From Mobula hypostoma (Eukaryota): a stretch of DNA of 64,000 nucleotides. Below are positions 50,583-63,180 of this stretch, piece after piece. The stretch lies in contig NC_086097.1 of assembly GCF_963921235.1 (NCBI RefSeq), forward strand, positions 93,622,001 to 93,686,000, in the 5' to 3' direction. The stretch's first letter is position 1; the number at the start of each line of letters is the position of its first letter. The translations under genes and the position numbers were made by a program. The notes under the pieces are model-generated. The model searched no databases, had not been told where the DNA came from, and was given only the letters and a program-made list of their open reading frames with translations.

Positions 50583-50927
50583 CGAGGGGTGATTGATAAA
50601 TTTGAGGCCTAAGGTGGAAGGAGTTAATTTTTAAAAACCTAGCACCTTTATTCTTCAACATAGTCCCCTCCTACATTTACACACTTAGACAAGCGGTCGT
50701 GGAGCATACGGATCCCTTCTTTGTAGAAGTCGGCGTCTTGGACCTCCAGAAAGTGGTCCACAGCAGAGGTGATTGATAAGTTTGTGGCCTGAGGTAGAAG
50801 GAGATGAATTATACAGCTCTCGTTACATGCACATGCAGTTCAACTCTTTGAGTGATTATGCAGAAAGTTTGAAGTTAATAACTCATCTCCTTCTACTTTA
50901 GGCCACAAACTTATCAATCACCCCTCG
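50583..50927. mobile_element. mariner-family MITE
   Basis: TA-CGAGGGGTGATTGATAA ... TTATCAATCACCCCTCG-TA. Confidence 0.9.
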
Positions 50928-50959
50928 TAGGTTTTGACAAGATCTACCCTCATCATTCT

Positions 50960-51330
50960 AGATTTAGAAGGATAAGGGGAGATCTCATTGAAGCCTACCG
51001 AATATTGAAAGGCCTGGAGAGAATGGATGTGGAAAGAAGGATTCCAGTAGTGGGAGAGCCTAGAACAAAAGGACACAGCCTCAGAAAAAAAGGATATCTC
51101 TTTAGAACAGAGATGAAGAAGGTGGTGAGTCAGTGGAACTCATTGCGACAGACGACTGTGGAGGCCAAGTCACTGATGTATTTAAAGCAGAGGTTGATAG
51201 TTTGTTGATTAGTAACAGTGTCAAAGGTTATGGGAGCAGTCAGGAGAATGGAGTTGAAAAAAATTCAACCATGATCGAATGGTGGAACAGAATTAATGGA
51301 TTGAGTGGTCTAAACCTGCTCCCCTGGCTC
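50960..51330 (+). mobile_element. CR1 3' fragment
   Basis: GDLIEAYRILKGLERMDVE...RTKGHSL. Confidence 0.85.
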
Positions 51331-51859
51331 CCCTCTGTCCTCTGTTAAAACCCAGATTTTAATCATCCTTCCTAATATGTTTTTGGTGGTTGGTGCCAAG
51401 TTCTGAATGGCCGGTGCTGTTAAGCATTGTGAGGTACTTTTCTACTGAGCCGATGTGGAGTGTCTAGGCTTTGGTCACTATGAATAGCGTTTGACCATTT
51501 AGGACTAAGAGACTTACTCAGTTGTTGAGACAGTCAAAGCTAAGATTGATTGCTCTTTGGAATCAGGTGAATGGGGATTTGGCAAGAAGGTGGACTAACA
51601 GGTCAGCAGCCCAAGCTCTGGGAGAAAGCACTGCAGGGCTTGTGGGCCCTCTGGACTCTCTCCTCAGATGAGAGTGCCAGTTCCTGCACATGTCCGCCCA
51701 GCCTGGAGAGGGCCTGCAGTAAGCTTATAGTTGTGTCAATTCCTTAGCAGTTTTTGGGAGGTATACAGAACTGGCTGCAGAAGTCTTGCTGTTGTGATTT
51801 TCCCACCTAATTCTTGTTTCATTTCACTGAGGAGATACTAGGATTTCTTGTAGTTCTGT

Positions 51860-52310
51860 GACTCATGGCTGATCCTGGATCCCATTCAACCCCATACACC
51901 TGCCTTCTTGCCATATCCTTTGATGCCCTGACCGATCAGGAAACCATCAACTTCCACCTTAAATATACGCACAGGCTTGGCCTCCACTTCAGTCTGTGAC
52001 AGAGCATTCCATAGATTTACTACTCTCTAACTAAAAAAAATTCCCCCTTACCTCTGTTCTAAAGGATTGTCCCTCACCACAGTAAACATCCTCTCCACAT
52101 CCACCTTGTCTTGTCCTTTCAACATTCGGCAGGTTTCAATGAGATCCCCTCGCATCCTTCTAAATTCTTGTGAGTACAGGCCCAAACCTGCCAAACACTC
52201 CTCATATTTTAATCCCTTCATTCCCAGAGTCATCCTTGTGAACCTCCTCTGGACACAGTCCAATGACAACACATCTCTCCTGAGATATGGGGCCCAAAGC
52301 TGTTGACAAG
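51860..52310 (-). mobile_element. CR1 3' fragment
   Basis: WAPYLRRDVL..VQRRFTRM..GMKGL.YEE. Confidence 0.88.
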
Positions 52311-54129
52311 GGCTGTGTCTAGAATTAACTGCCCTAAAAGCTATGGGATATAGATTCAATATTAATTTCCAAAAGGGAATTGCCAAAATTGTTAGTGCTA
52401 TAAGGAAAATGCACAAATGGGATTAGTTGGATAGTCCTTTCAAAGCTGCAATGCTTAAATTTGTGGTGATTGAGGAGTAGAGTTTCTCGTTCAGGATCTT
52501 CCTGCAGATGGTAATGTGCCTTCAACAAACAGCCTTCTGTTGTCTGCTAATAACAACACTTTCAAGACAGACACCCACAGATTACTGGAGCGGAAAACAA
52601 TAGACTACTGACATCCGACAATGGACTGACTGCTCTTAAGGGTGGGACAAGCTCCAGTGACTTAAAACAAAGCACTGCAGAATCTTTAAATCTGAAATAG
52701 AAACTGAAAAACTACTACTGTTGAGAAAGAAACAGAGTTAATAGAATTAATGTTCCATGTCAATGTTTAGGAAGAGCTCATTTTTAAAGCCTCCACTTTT
52801 GTTTTCTGATCACTTCATGGTTGTCCCTCTCACTGTATGTGTAGTCCCCTTCAGTAATATTACTCTGAGTCAGGAACAAGACTTCCCTCTTGTGCACGGC
52901 TGACTTTAATTTCCTTGCATGCGCTGTGGTAAAATACAAAGTTCAAAGTTAATTTATTATCAAAGCACGTGTAAGTCACCATAAACTACCTTGAGATTTA
53001 TTTTCTTTCAGGCATTCTTAGTAGAACACAGAAATACAAAAGAATCATTGAAAAGCTACACACAGAGGCTGACAAACAACCAACGTGCAAAAAAAAGACA
53101 AATGTGCAAATATAGATAAGTAAATAAATACTACGGAGAACATGAGTTGTAGGGTCTTTGGAAGTGAGTAGATAGGTTGTGGAATCAGTTCAGTGTTGAT
53201 GTGAGTAAGGTTATCCTGTTGTTTCAGGAGCCTGATGGTTGTAGGGTGATAACTGTTGCTGAACTTGGTAGTGTGGGACCTGAGGCTTCTGTACCCCTTT
53301 ATGATGGCAGCAGAGAGAAACAAGCATGTCCTGGATGGTGTGGGAGCTTTGCCTGTGATGGATTGGGCTGTTTCCACCACTTTCTATAGGATTTTCCATC
53401 TGGGGCACTGGTGTTTCCATACCAGTCCATGATGGCAGTCAGGATACCCTCCACTGTGCATCCATAGATGTTTGTCAAAGTTTTAGATGACCTGCTGAAT
53501 CTGTGCAAGCTTCTAATAAAGTAGAGGTGCTGGACCACCTTCTTCCCGATGGCACTTACATTCTGGTCCCGGAACTAGACCCTCGGAAATGATTACAGTA
53601 ATTTAAAGTTACCGACCAGCTCCACCTCAGATTCCCCAATGAGGGCTGGCTCATGGAACTTCTGGTTTCCTCCTCTTGGAGTCAATAATCAGCCCGTTGA
53701 TGGAGAGGTTCTTTGGACCACTAACCTACCTCCAGAGATGGTTCTGGGCCAAGTATGGATGCTCAGTGCACGTGTTGAGGCTGTCGCTTACTTTAGACTC
53801 GCCCAAAGGTGGGACCGACCTGGCCGGATCGATCGGCAACAGAGGGCAGTTGCGAAGGCACTTGTGACAGGCTTGGCCCGTAGGTCACTTTCTAGCTAGG
53901 TGCCTGCTGACCGAGTGTTGTAGCCTGGTGATCGAGAGTGTTCAATCTCCCTTCTACATGCCGATTTGTCACCACCTATGGTTCAGCAACAACAGTGGTG
54001 TGGCCAGCAAGCTGAAGTATGATATTGGAGTTGTACGTAGCCTCACGTTCAGATGTATGAGTGAGCAGAGCAGGGAGCTAAGCCCACAGCCTTGTGGTGC
54101 ACCTGTGCTGATGGTGTTTTGTGGAGATT

Positions 54130-54578
54130 TTAACCATATAACATCTTGGCCCTTCTAGTCCGTGCCGAACTCTTACTCTCACCTAGTCCCACCGACCTGC
54201 ACTCAGCCTATAACCCTCCATTCCTTTCCTGTCCATATATCTATCCAATTTAACTTTAAACAACAACATCGAACCTGCCTCAACCACTTATGCTGGAAGC
54301 TCGTTCCACACAGCTACCACTCTCTGAGTAAAGAAGTTCCCCCTCATGTTACCCCTAAACTTTTGTTCTCTAACTCTCAACTCATGTCCTCTTGTTTGAA
54401 TCTTCCCCACTCTCAATGGAAAAAGCCTATCCACGTCAACTCTATCTATCCCCCTCATAATTTTAAATACCTCTATCGAGTCCCCCCTCAACCTTCTACG
54501 CTCCAAAGAATAAAGACCCAACTTGTTCAACCTTTCTCTGTAACTTAGGTGATGAAACCCAGGTAACATTCTAGTAAA
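54130..54578 (-). mobile_element. CR1 3' fragment nested in Rex1
   Basis: FTRMLPG..LSYRERLNKLGLYSLERRRLRGD. Confidence 0.9.
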
Positions 54579-54937
54579 GTTGTAAGATTTTAGTAAAATA
54601 GTAAGATTTTGTTGCCAGTCCGACCTGACTGGGGTCTGCGTGTAAGAAAAGCGAGGATCCAATTACACAAGGAGGTATTGAGGCCTAGGTCTTGGAGCTT
54701 AGTGATTAGTTTCAAGCAGAAGATAGTGTTGACTGTTGAACTGTATTCAATAGAGAGCACCCTGATGTACCTTCACTGTCCAGGTGTTCCAGGGCTGAGT
54801 GAAGAGCCAGTGAAATGGCATCTGCTATTGACCTGTTGCGACGACAAGCAAATCGAAGCAGATCCAAGTTGCTCCTCAGGCAGGAGTTGATAAGCTTCAT
54901 AACCAGCCTCTCAAAACACTTTGTCACAGAGGATATA

Positions 54938-55006
54938 CAGGACTGTGTAAACCTCTTAAGCACTTACATACATAACTAGGGTACCTAAGACTATTGCACA
55001 GCACTG
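54938..55006. mobile_element. Tc1-type micro-MITE
   Basis: TA-CAGGACTGTGTAAA ... TTGCACAGCACTG-TA. Confidence 0.7.
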
Positions 55007-55385
55007 TAGTCACCTTATGTATTGCTGCTGTAAAAAAACACATTTCATTAGATATGTGAGTGATGATAAACCTGATTCTGATACAGGTCTTTGTTGTGGA
55101 CTGAGAGTGTGAAGGGGGCAGGGAGAGGGGAACCACGATTGGAAAAAGGAGAGAGAGAGAGAGGGAAGGGAGGAGGAAGCACCAGAGAAACATTCTGTAA
55201 TGATCAATAAACCAATTGTTTAGAATCAAATAACCTTGCCTTGTGTCTCAGGGCTGGGTGTGTCTGTCCCTGGCACTCTGCCACCTGTCCCACACCCCTC
55301 CTGTGGCGTTCCACTCTCGCTGTTCCCAACATCTTTTTCTCCCGCCTGATTTACAAACCTGCTGTCTGCTGCGTGTTGACAAATA

Positions 55386-55443
55386 TGGTATTGTGCAAAG
55401 GACTTGGGTATATATATGTATCTCGGACTTTTGCAGAGTACTG
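55386..55443. mobile_element. Tc1-type micro-MITE
   Basis: TA-TGGTATTGTGCAAAGG ... CTTTTGCAGAGTACTG-TA. Confidence 0.6.
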
Positions 55444-57572
55444 TAAGAATAGTCACTGAGGCAGGTTGCCATGTTCTTCTTGGGCACCGGTCTGATAGAA
55501 GCCTGCTTGAAGCAGCTGGGCACCTCCGACTGCCAAAGCGAGAAGTTAAAGATGTCAGTAAACACTCCGGGCAGTAGATTAGCACAGGTCTTCAGTACTT
55601 GGCCAGGTCAGATGCTTCCTGTGAGTTCACCTTCCTCTTACATTAGCCCCTGAGATTGAAATCACGGGGTGGTCAGGGGGAAGGGGAAGTTTGTGAAGAT
55701 GCCTCCATGTTCTGTTGATTAAAGCATGCAAAAAAGGCACTGGACTTATCTGGGAGTGAAACCTTGTCATTTATGATGCCTGGTTTTGCTCTGTAGGAGG
55801 TGCTGACAATCAAGCCCTGCCACAATGGTCAAGCATTCCTCTGTGATTCAGGTTTGGTCCCAAATTGCCACTTCGTATGTGAGATGGCTTTCCGGAGGTC
55901 AGACCTGCATTTCTTGTACTTCCCTAAGTCACCAGTCCTGGACGCCACAGATCGGCCTTCAGCAGGTCGTGGATCTCTTGGATCATCCAGAGCTTCTGAT
56001 TGGGAAGACTCTGAATGACTTTGTGGAGACACACTTGCGGACAAGTGTCTTTATGAAGTCCATGACAGTTGTGGCGTATTCGGGGCCTCCGATGAGTCCT
56101 TGAACACGGCCCAGTCCACCGACTCGAAACAATCCTGTAGCTGTTCCTTTGCCTCTCGCAGCCACCTCTTTGTTGTCCTTACTTCTGCTGTATGCAGGCC
56201 GATGATCAGATTTCCAGAAACGCGGTCTAGGGATGGACTGTAGGCATTCTTGATGGTAGTGTAGCAGTGGCCGAATGTGTTGGGTCTTCTGGTGCTGCCG
56301 GTGATGGGCTGATGATAATTGAGTAGAGATCTCTTCAAGCTAACCTGATTGAAGTCTCCGGCAAAGATGTGGAAGACTTCAGGGTAGGCAGTTTCGTGTT
56401 AATCCTGGCATTCCGTACATCTAATGCTTGCTTGACATTGCCCTTTGCCAGTGTGTAAACTGCAGTCGGGATCACGGTGGTAAGTGGTTAGACCTGGTCG
56501 TATTGTGTTGTAATGGGTGGTTGGTATTTATCACAGCCCTTGTGTGCCAAAGGGTATTTTTCTGTGTTGTATCAGCTCGTGCCTGAGTGATGTGTTGGTT
56601 TCATTTCATGCATGCATGGATTGCCTCATCTACTGAGCACTTAAGAATGAAGCTGAATGTTGTGCAATCACCAGGAAACATCTGCACGTCTGATCAATGA
56701 ACCAGTGAATTTTATTAATGATGGCTGAGCCAAAGAACACTGGCCTCGGGAACACCTGCGATGGTATCTGAGCACTGGGATAGCAACCAGCTAACTTTGT
56801 GCGAGTCCTGGCTCTGACCACAGGATGACACTTCACTTCTTTTTATAAATCCAGCTTCTCTGGGGTCCTGTTAACTCTGCACTCCATCAAATGATGTCTT
56901 GTTGTGAGGCAGCCTCTTTTACCGTGTCTCTAAGCAATCACAGAGTCGCGCACTGTGAACCTCTGCATGTCAACAAGGGTCAGCTGTGTAACTGCCCACT
57001 ACAGAGATGCCCGTCTCTCGTGGTTAAATCTGCATGGACCGAAAAGCTGGTTCTAACACTGACCCAGAGAATACAGATCACATACCGATTGGAGCTGCTC
57101 TGTTTCAAAGAGAAGCCCATTATTTTGGGCTTGCTCTCTGATTTTTTATTCACATATTATTTCCATGTGTTGGCACCAACAGATTTATTTCTTTACTATG
57201 TTAATGCCTCCAATGGGACAAAGCAGTGTTTGTAATGGAACAAACATGCCTAATCTCCTGCATATTATTCTGCAGAAATCTCTGCAGCAGAATTCATTCA
57301 TTCTTCTATTTGATGCACAACCCTGCAATTTTTAATGAATTAAATTAATGACCTCTGCATAATCACTGCACCAAGGAAGAGTTTTGTGCATTGATGCCAC
57401 CAGATTAAGCAAATCCTTTGTAAGCCAACTCAATGTGTCTATGTGTCCGGTTAGGGTCCGAGTGAGGGATGGCCAGAGATCATGTGGGACATCCAGGAGC
57501 ATTGACTGAGGAGACGTCCCGTTGCTGGATAAACAGCTGCAAACAAGAGCATCAGAGATCACAGACCTAGCT

Positions 57573-57777
57573 ACACACATAAATGTTGCTGGTGAACGCA
57601 GCAGGCCAGGCAGCATCTCTAGGAAGAGGCACAGTCGACGTCTCAGGCCGAGACCCTTCGTCAGGACTAACTGAAGGAAGAGTGACTCTTCCTAGAGATG
57701 CTGCCTGGCCTGCTGCGTTCACCAGCAACTTTTATGTGTGTTGCTTGAATTTCCAGCATCTGCGGATTTCCTTGTGT
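57573..57777. mobile_element. 205-bp fold-back PLE mini-element
   Basis: 14-bp TSD TCACAGACCTAGCT (57559-57572, 57778-57791); the minus arm carries a hammerhead with GAAA changed to GAGA; the plus arm has only the tail. Confidence 0.93.
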
Positions 57778-57895
57778 TCACAGACCTAGCTGTTTGGTTT
57801 GACAATTGGTCTAGGTAGGCTTGTTCTATCTTTCACTCTCCCTTCCATTGCTAATCAATGAATTCAAAAAGAATTTTGGAAATAGATAACCTGAA

Positions 57896-58040
57896 GCAGG
57901 GGTAGGGCACAGAGGCGTAGCAGTTAGTGTTACACTTTAGAGTTGCCCATGGAGGCAACATGGGGGCAGGGCACAGAGGCGTAGCAGTTAGTGTAACAGT
58001 TTAGAGATCCCCGTGGGGGCAACACGGGGGTAGGGCATAT
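57896..58040 (+). repeat. About 64-bp tandem duplication of a SINE-head-like sequence
   Basis: GGGCACAGAGGCGTAGCAGTTAGTGT at 57905 and 57969, with a partial third copy. Confidence 0.8.
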
Positions 58041-58214
58041 TTAGCTACTGATACTTTGGTGTCGTCATCCAAATCAAGGATGAATGGTAACATATTTTGG
58101 CCCCTGTGATGGAGGAAGTAAATATTTATGGAGGTGGATTGTCTGCCGTGAGTTGTTTGTGTTGAACTTCTTGGGTGTTGCTGGGACTGTACTCATGCAG
58201 GGTAAGTGGAGTTT

Positions 58215-58880
58215 GCAAAGATTCAGCATGGCATTGAAAACTTCAACAAACTTCTATAGGTGTGTGGTGAAGAGTATATTGACTGGCTGCATCATAGCCT
58301 GGTATGGAAACATCAATGCCCTTGAATGGGAAATCCTACAAAAAGTAGTGGATATGGCCCAAATCTGCTAAGCCCTCCCCACCATTGAGCATATCTACAC
58401 GAAATGTTGCAGGAAAGCAGCATCCATCATCAGAGAACCCCAGCACCCAGGACATGCTCTCTTCTCACTGCTGCCATCAGGAAGAAGGTACAGGAGCCTC
58501 AGAACTCACACCACCAGGTTCAGAAACAGTTACTACCCCTCAACCATCAGGCTCCTGGGATAAATTCACTCAGCTTCACTTGCCCCATCTTTGAAATGTT
58601 CGCACAACCTATGGACTCATTTTCAAGGACTCTTCCTCTCATGTTCTCGATTTTATTGCTTATTTATTTGTTATTATGATTTATTTATTTTTGTAATTGA
58701 ACAGTTTGTTGTCCTTGGCACGCTGGTTGGACACCCAGGTTGGGGTGGTCTTTCGTTGATTCTATTCCGGTTATTATTCTATTATGGATTTATTGATTAT
58801 GCCCACAAGAAAGTGAACCTCAGGGTGACATAAATGTATTTTGATAATAAATTTACTTTGAATTTTAACTTTGAACTTTG
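58215..58880 (+). mobile_element. Rex1 3' fragment
   Basis: NFYRCVVKSILTGCIIAWYGN..LQKVV; TTTGAACTTTG tail. Confidence 0.9.
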
Positions 58881-58960
58881 GAGAGTTTTCCATTGCCAAC
58901 TGGTGGAAAGGCTTTGAGGTGTTGGGAGTAAGTCACTCACTGCAGGATACACAGACTTTG

Positions 58961-59096
58961 ACAAACACGAGAAAATCTGCAGATTCTGAAAACTCAAAGC
59001 AACACACAAAGTACCGGAGGGGCTCAGTGGGTACGACAGCATCTATGGAAAAGAGTGAACAGTTGAAGTTGCGGGCCGAGACCCTTCATCGGGACT
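58961..59096 (-). mobile_element. Degenerate PLE 3'-end fragment
   Basis: ACAAACACGAGAAAATCTGCAGA...GGGCCGAGACCCTTCATCGGGACT. Confidence 0.8.
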
Positions 59097-59108
59097 TAAA
59101 CCTGATTT

Positions 59109-59627
59109 TGTAGCCATATATATATATAAAACCGCTGGTTTCCTTGGCTGCGCACGTCCAGGGAAGACACACTCCAGTCCCGCCAAACCTGTGAGATTGA
59201 GATGACTCTCCCACCCCAAACCCTGGTTTGTGTGGATGCTGGGTAATTTGTTATTTGTTACAACACAGTGCCAAGAAGTAACAGACAGCACAGTGCATAT
59301 GATTAAAGGAATTATGCTTATGATCAGTACAGAAAAGAAAGCAAAACAAAAAGGGCCCATTATAATTAAACAGTCAAATGTGCACCAGTTGGAGCTCAAT
59401 TCACCGATCCTCAGTCGATCTTGCTGCCCGGCTCCATCGAATCACAGTTTCCCCACCCAATCGTATCCTATGACTGGTTCTCTCCAGCGTCTTCTCTCTC
59501 CATCTCCCGCTGAAACAAAGGACCCAGCTCACATTCCAAAGCACCCGTTATCTCTCACCATAACCCAAGCATTGCTCCTAAAGAAAGACCGTTACGTTAG
59601 CTGTGAAACCTTTTCCAAGCTGTTACA
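59109..59627. mobile_element. Possible solo LTR
   Basis: TGTAGC...GTTACA termini about 520 bp apart; no matching TSD found. Confidence 0.35.
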
Positions 59628-59837
59628 TAAGGCTGGATCGGTTGAGAGTCTGTTCAATATTCAACCAGGATGTTGACGAAAGGGAACTTGATGATGAATT
59701 TTCATTTAATGCCAAGGGTGGTTAGTTAGAATTTCTGTTGTTTGCGTTAACTTTGATGTGTGTTGCTTGAATTTCCAGCATCTGCAGAATTCCTGTTGTT
59801 TGCGTTTAAATTCACTACTGCGAAGCCTCTTCCGGTG

Positions 59838-62800
59838 ATGCCTACACCGAAGAAGTTTAGATCCTCTCTTCGACGGGAGTTCAGTGAAACCATCTCTCAC
59901 TGCTCCCCATCTGTAATTTCTTCGGCTCTTCAACTTTTCGACCACACTTTGACTCAAACTCGCTATCACAGCCATGTATCCTTTCTTGGAACGTGCCTCT
60001 GTCGCCAACTTACTCCGGTTGGCTTTAGGATTCGTTTCCAAGCCTCTCAATTTGGACCTTCTGAGGATCCCAGGTACTCACATTTTATTGACTCTGCCTC
60101 TCGCCGCTTCTCCCGTCAAGCTCTGAAGGCGACGCTCTCCGCCATGAGGAGGTACTTGGTGTCCCTATCCCAGACCCTTCCACACCTTTGGGACACTTTC
60201 TTCGCCGTCTGTAATGGTCCTACCCGTTATTTCATCCTCCGTCGGATCCACGCCTGCAATCGCCGTTTTTTTGACTTTGTCATGTTAGGCAAAGATCGCA
60301 AGATCTTACATCTACGGACTCCAGAGCCTGCCGGCCCCGACGCTAGCAGGCATGAACTTTCAATTGCGGCCCCTGCCATTGATCTCGGCGGCTCCAACAC
60401 CTCAGGACATATTCAAAACCCGGACTCCAGCAACGACCATGGAGACATTCAAAGCGATCGCGCAATCACCAACTGCGACTCCAGCCTTGAACTCCAGGCC
60501 GGGTCTTTATGTGCTGCTGTTGTGACTCCCGTCTCCCCTTCCCCCACCACCACTCCGCAGCCCCGTCTTCCTCAGATCCCACCGTCAGCTCCTGGGCCCT
60601 CAGAGGCTCCATCTTCCTCTCACCCCAACCCTCCCCTCTCCATTGACACTACCAGCCTCCCCCCTCCCCCCTCTGATCCCAGCTCTCATCCGTGCTGGGT
60701 CTTTACCATCCCCTCCGACCTTCAACTGTCGGAGGCAGAACACTCTGTTCTCAGTAAGGGCCTCACGTTTGTCCCCCTTCGCCCACACCTCAGCGAGTTC
60801 CGTGTTCGCCACGATGCGGAACTTTTCTTCCGCCGTCTCCGTCTCCGAGCCTACTTCTTCGGCAAGGACTCTTCCACCCCCACCGATGACCCCTTCTCCC
60901 GTCTTCAACCCTCCTCTTCTTCATGGACACCCCGCTCTGGTCTTCTGCCTGCTCTGGATCTCTTTATTGCCAACTGCCGACGGGACATCAACCGTCTCGA
61001 CTTCACCGCACCTTGTCCCCATTCCAACCTCACTCCTTCGGAACGCTCTGCTCTCCACTCCCTCCGCACTAATCCTAACATTATTATTAAACCCGCTGAT
61101 AAAGGGGGTGATGTTGTAGTCTGGCGTACTGACCTCTACCTTGCCGAGGCACAGCGACAACTCGCGGATACCTCCTCTTATTTACCCCTCGATCGTGACC
61201 CCACTAAGGACCACCAGGCCATTGTCTCCCACACCATCACCGACTTTATCCGCTCAGGGGATCTCCCATCCACTGCTACCAACCTTATAGTTCCCACACC
61301 CCGCACTTCCCATTTCTACCTCCTACCCAAGATCCACAAACCTGCCTGTTCTGGCCGACCTATTGTCTCAGCTTGCTCCTGCCCCACCGAACTCGTTTCT
61401 GCATACCTCGACACGGTTTTATCCCCCCTTGTTCAATCCCTTCCGACCTATGTTTGTGACACTTCTCACGCTCTTAAACTTTTCGATGATTTTAAGTTCC
61501 CTGGCCCCCACCGCTTTATTTTCACCATGGATGTCCAGTCCTTATATACTTCCATCCCCCATCAGGAAGGTCTCAAAGCTATACGCTTCTTTTTGGATTC
61601 CAGACCTAATCAGTTCCCCTCTACCACCACTCTGCTCCGTCTAGCGGAATTAGTCCTTACTCTTAATAATTTCTCCTTTTGCTCCTCCCATTTCCTCCAA
61701 ACTAAAGGTGTAGCTATGGGCACCCGTATGGGTCCTAGCTATGCCTGCCTTTTTGTTGGGTTTGTGGAACAATCTATGTTCCGTGCCTATTCTGGTATCT
61801 GTCCCCCACTTTTCCTTCGCTACATCGATGACTGCATTGGCGCTGCTTCCTGCACGCATGCAGAACTCGTTGACTTTATTAACTTTGCCTCCAACTTTCA
61901 CCCTGCCCTCAAATTTACCTGGTCCATTTCTGACACCTCCCTCCCCTTTCTAGATCTTTCTGTCTCTGTCTCTGGAGACAGCTTATCCACTGATGTCTAC
62001 TATAAGCCTACTGACTCTCACAGCTATCTGGACTATTCCTCTTCTCACCCTGTCTCTTGCAAAAACGCCATCCCCTTCTCGCAATTCCTCCGTCTCCGCC
62101 GCATCTGCTCTCAGGATGAGGCTTTTCATTCTAGGACGAGGGAGATGTCTTCATTTTTTAAAGAAAGGGGCTTCCATTCCTCCACTATCAACTCTGCTCT
62201 TAAACGCATCTCCCCCATTTCACGTACATCTGCTCTCACTCCATCCTCCCACCACCCCACTAGGAATAGGGTTCCCCTGGTCCTCACCTACCACCCCACC
62301 AGCCTCCAGGTCCAACATATTATTCTCCGTAACTTCCGCCACCTCCAACGGGATCCCACCACTAAGCACATCTTTCCCTCCCCCCCCCTCTGCATTCCGC
62401 AGGGATCGCTCCCTACACAACTCCCTTGTCCATTCGTCCCCCCCATCCCTCCCCACTGATCTCCCTCCTGGCACTTATCCGTGTAAGCGGAACAAGTGCT
62501 ACACATGCCCTTACACTTCCTCCCTTACCACCATTCAGGGCCCCAAACAGTCCTTCCAGGTGAGGCATCACTTCACCTGTGAGTCGACTGGGGTGATATA
62601 CTGCGTCTGGTGCTCCCGATGTGGCCTTTTATATATTGGTGAGACCCGACGCAGACTGGGAGACCGCTTTGCTGAACATCTACGCTCTGTCCGCCAGAGA
62701 AAGCAGGATCTCCCAGTGGCCACACATTTTAATTCCACATCCCATTCCCATTCTGACATGTCTATCCACGGCCTCCTCTACTGTAAAGATGAAGCCACAC

Positions 62801-62886
62801 TCAGGTTGGAGGAACAACACCTTATATTCCGTCTGGGTAGCCTCCAACCTGATGGCATGAACATTGACTTCTCTAACTTCCGCTAG
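59838..62886 (+). CDS. PLE polyprotein: N-terminal domain, reverse transcriptase, Cys-rich linker, GIY-YIG endonuclease (one frameshift near 62380-62392)
   Basis: First ATG at 59838 (MPTPKKF). Motifs IIKPADKGG, FYLLPKIHK, GRPIVS, MDVQSLYTSIP, QTKGVAMG, RYIDD, LPFLDL, YYKPTD; after the shift PCKRNKCYTC and VIYCVWCSRCGLLYIGETRRRLGDRFAEH; stop TAG at 62884-62886. Confidence 0.95.
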
Positions 62887-63180
62887 GCCCCACCTCCCCC
62901 TCGTACCCCAGCTGTTACTCATTTTTATGCACACATTCTTTCTCTCACTCTCCTTTTTCTCCCGCTGTCCCTCTGAATATACCTCTTGCCCATCCTCTGG
63001 GTCAACCCCCCCCTCCCGTCTTTCTTCCCGGACCTCCTGTCCCATGATCCTCTCGTATCCCTTTTGCCTATCACCTGTCCAGCTCTCAGCTCTATCCCTC
63101 CCCCTCCTGTCTTCTCCTATCATTTTGCATCTCCCCCTCCCCCTCCAGCTTTCAAATCCCTTACTCACTCTTCCTTCAGT

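Larger units (their letters stand above)
52935..56475 (-). mobile_element. Rex1/Babar LINE (APE to 3' tail) with several nested insertions
   Basis: Minus strand: [55 protein letters not shown]; tail TTTGAACTTTG. Confidence 0.88.

Noticed and set aside
59760..59837. ORF extension upstream of ATG 59838
   Set aside because: It starts at a non-ATG codon inside the terminal repeat; an alternative or spliced start cannot be supported from this window.
62372..62396. Programmed ribosomal frameshift
   Set aside because: The two copies shift by different amounts and PLEs normally have a single ORF, so mutation or assembly error is more likely.
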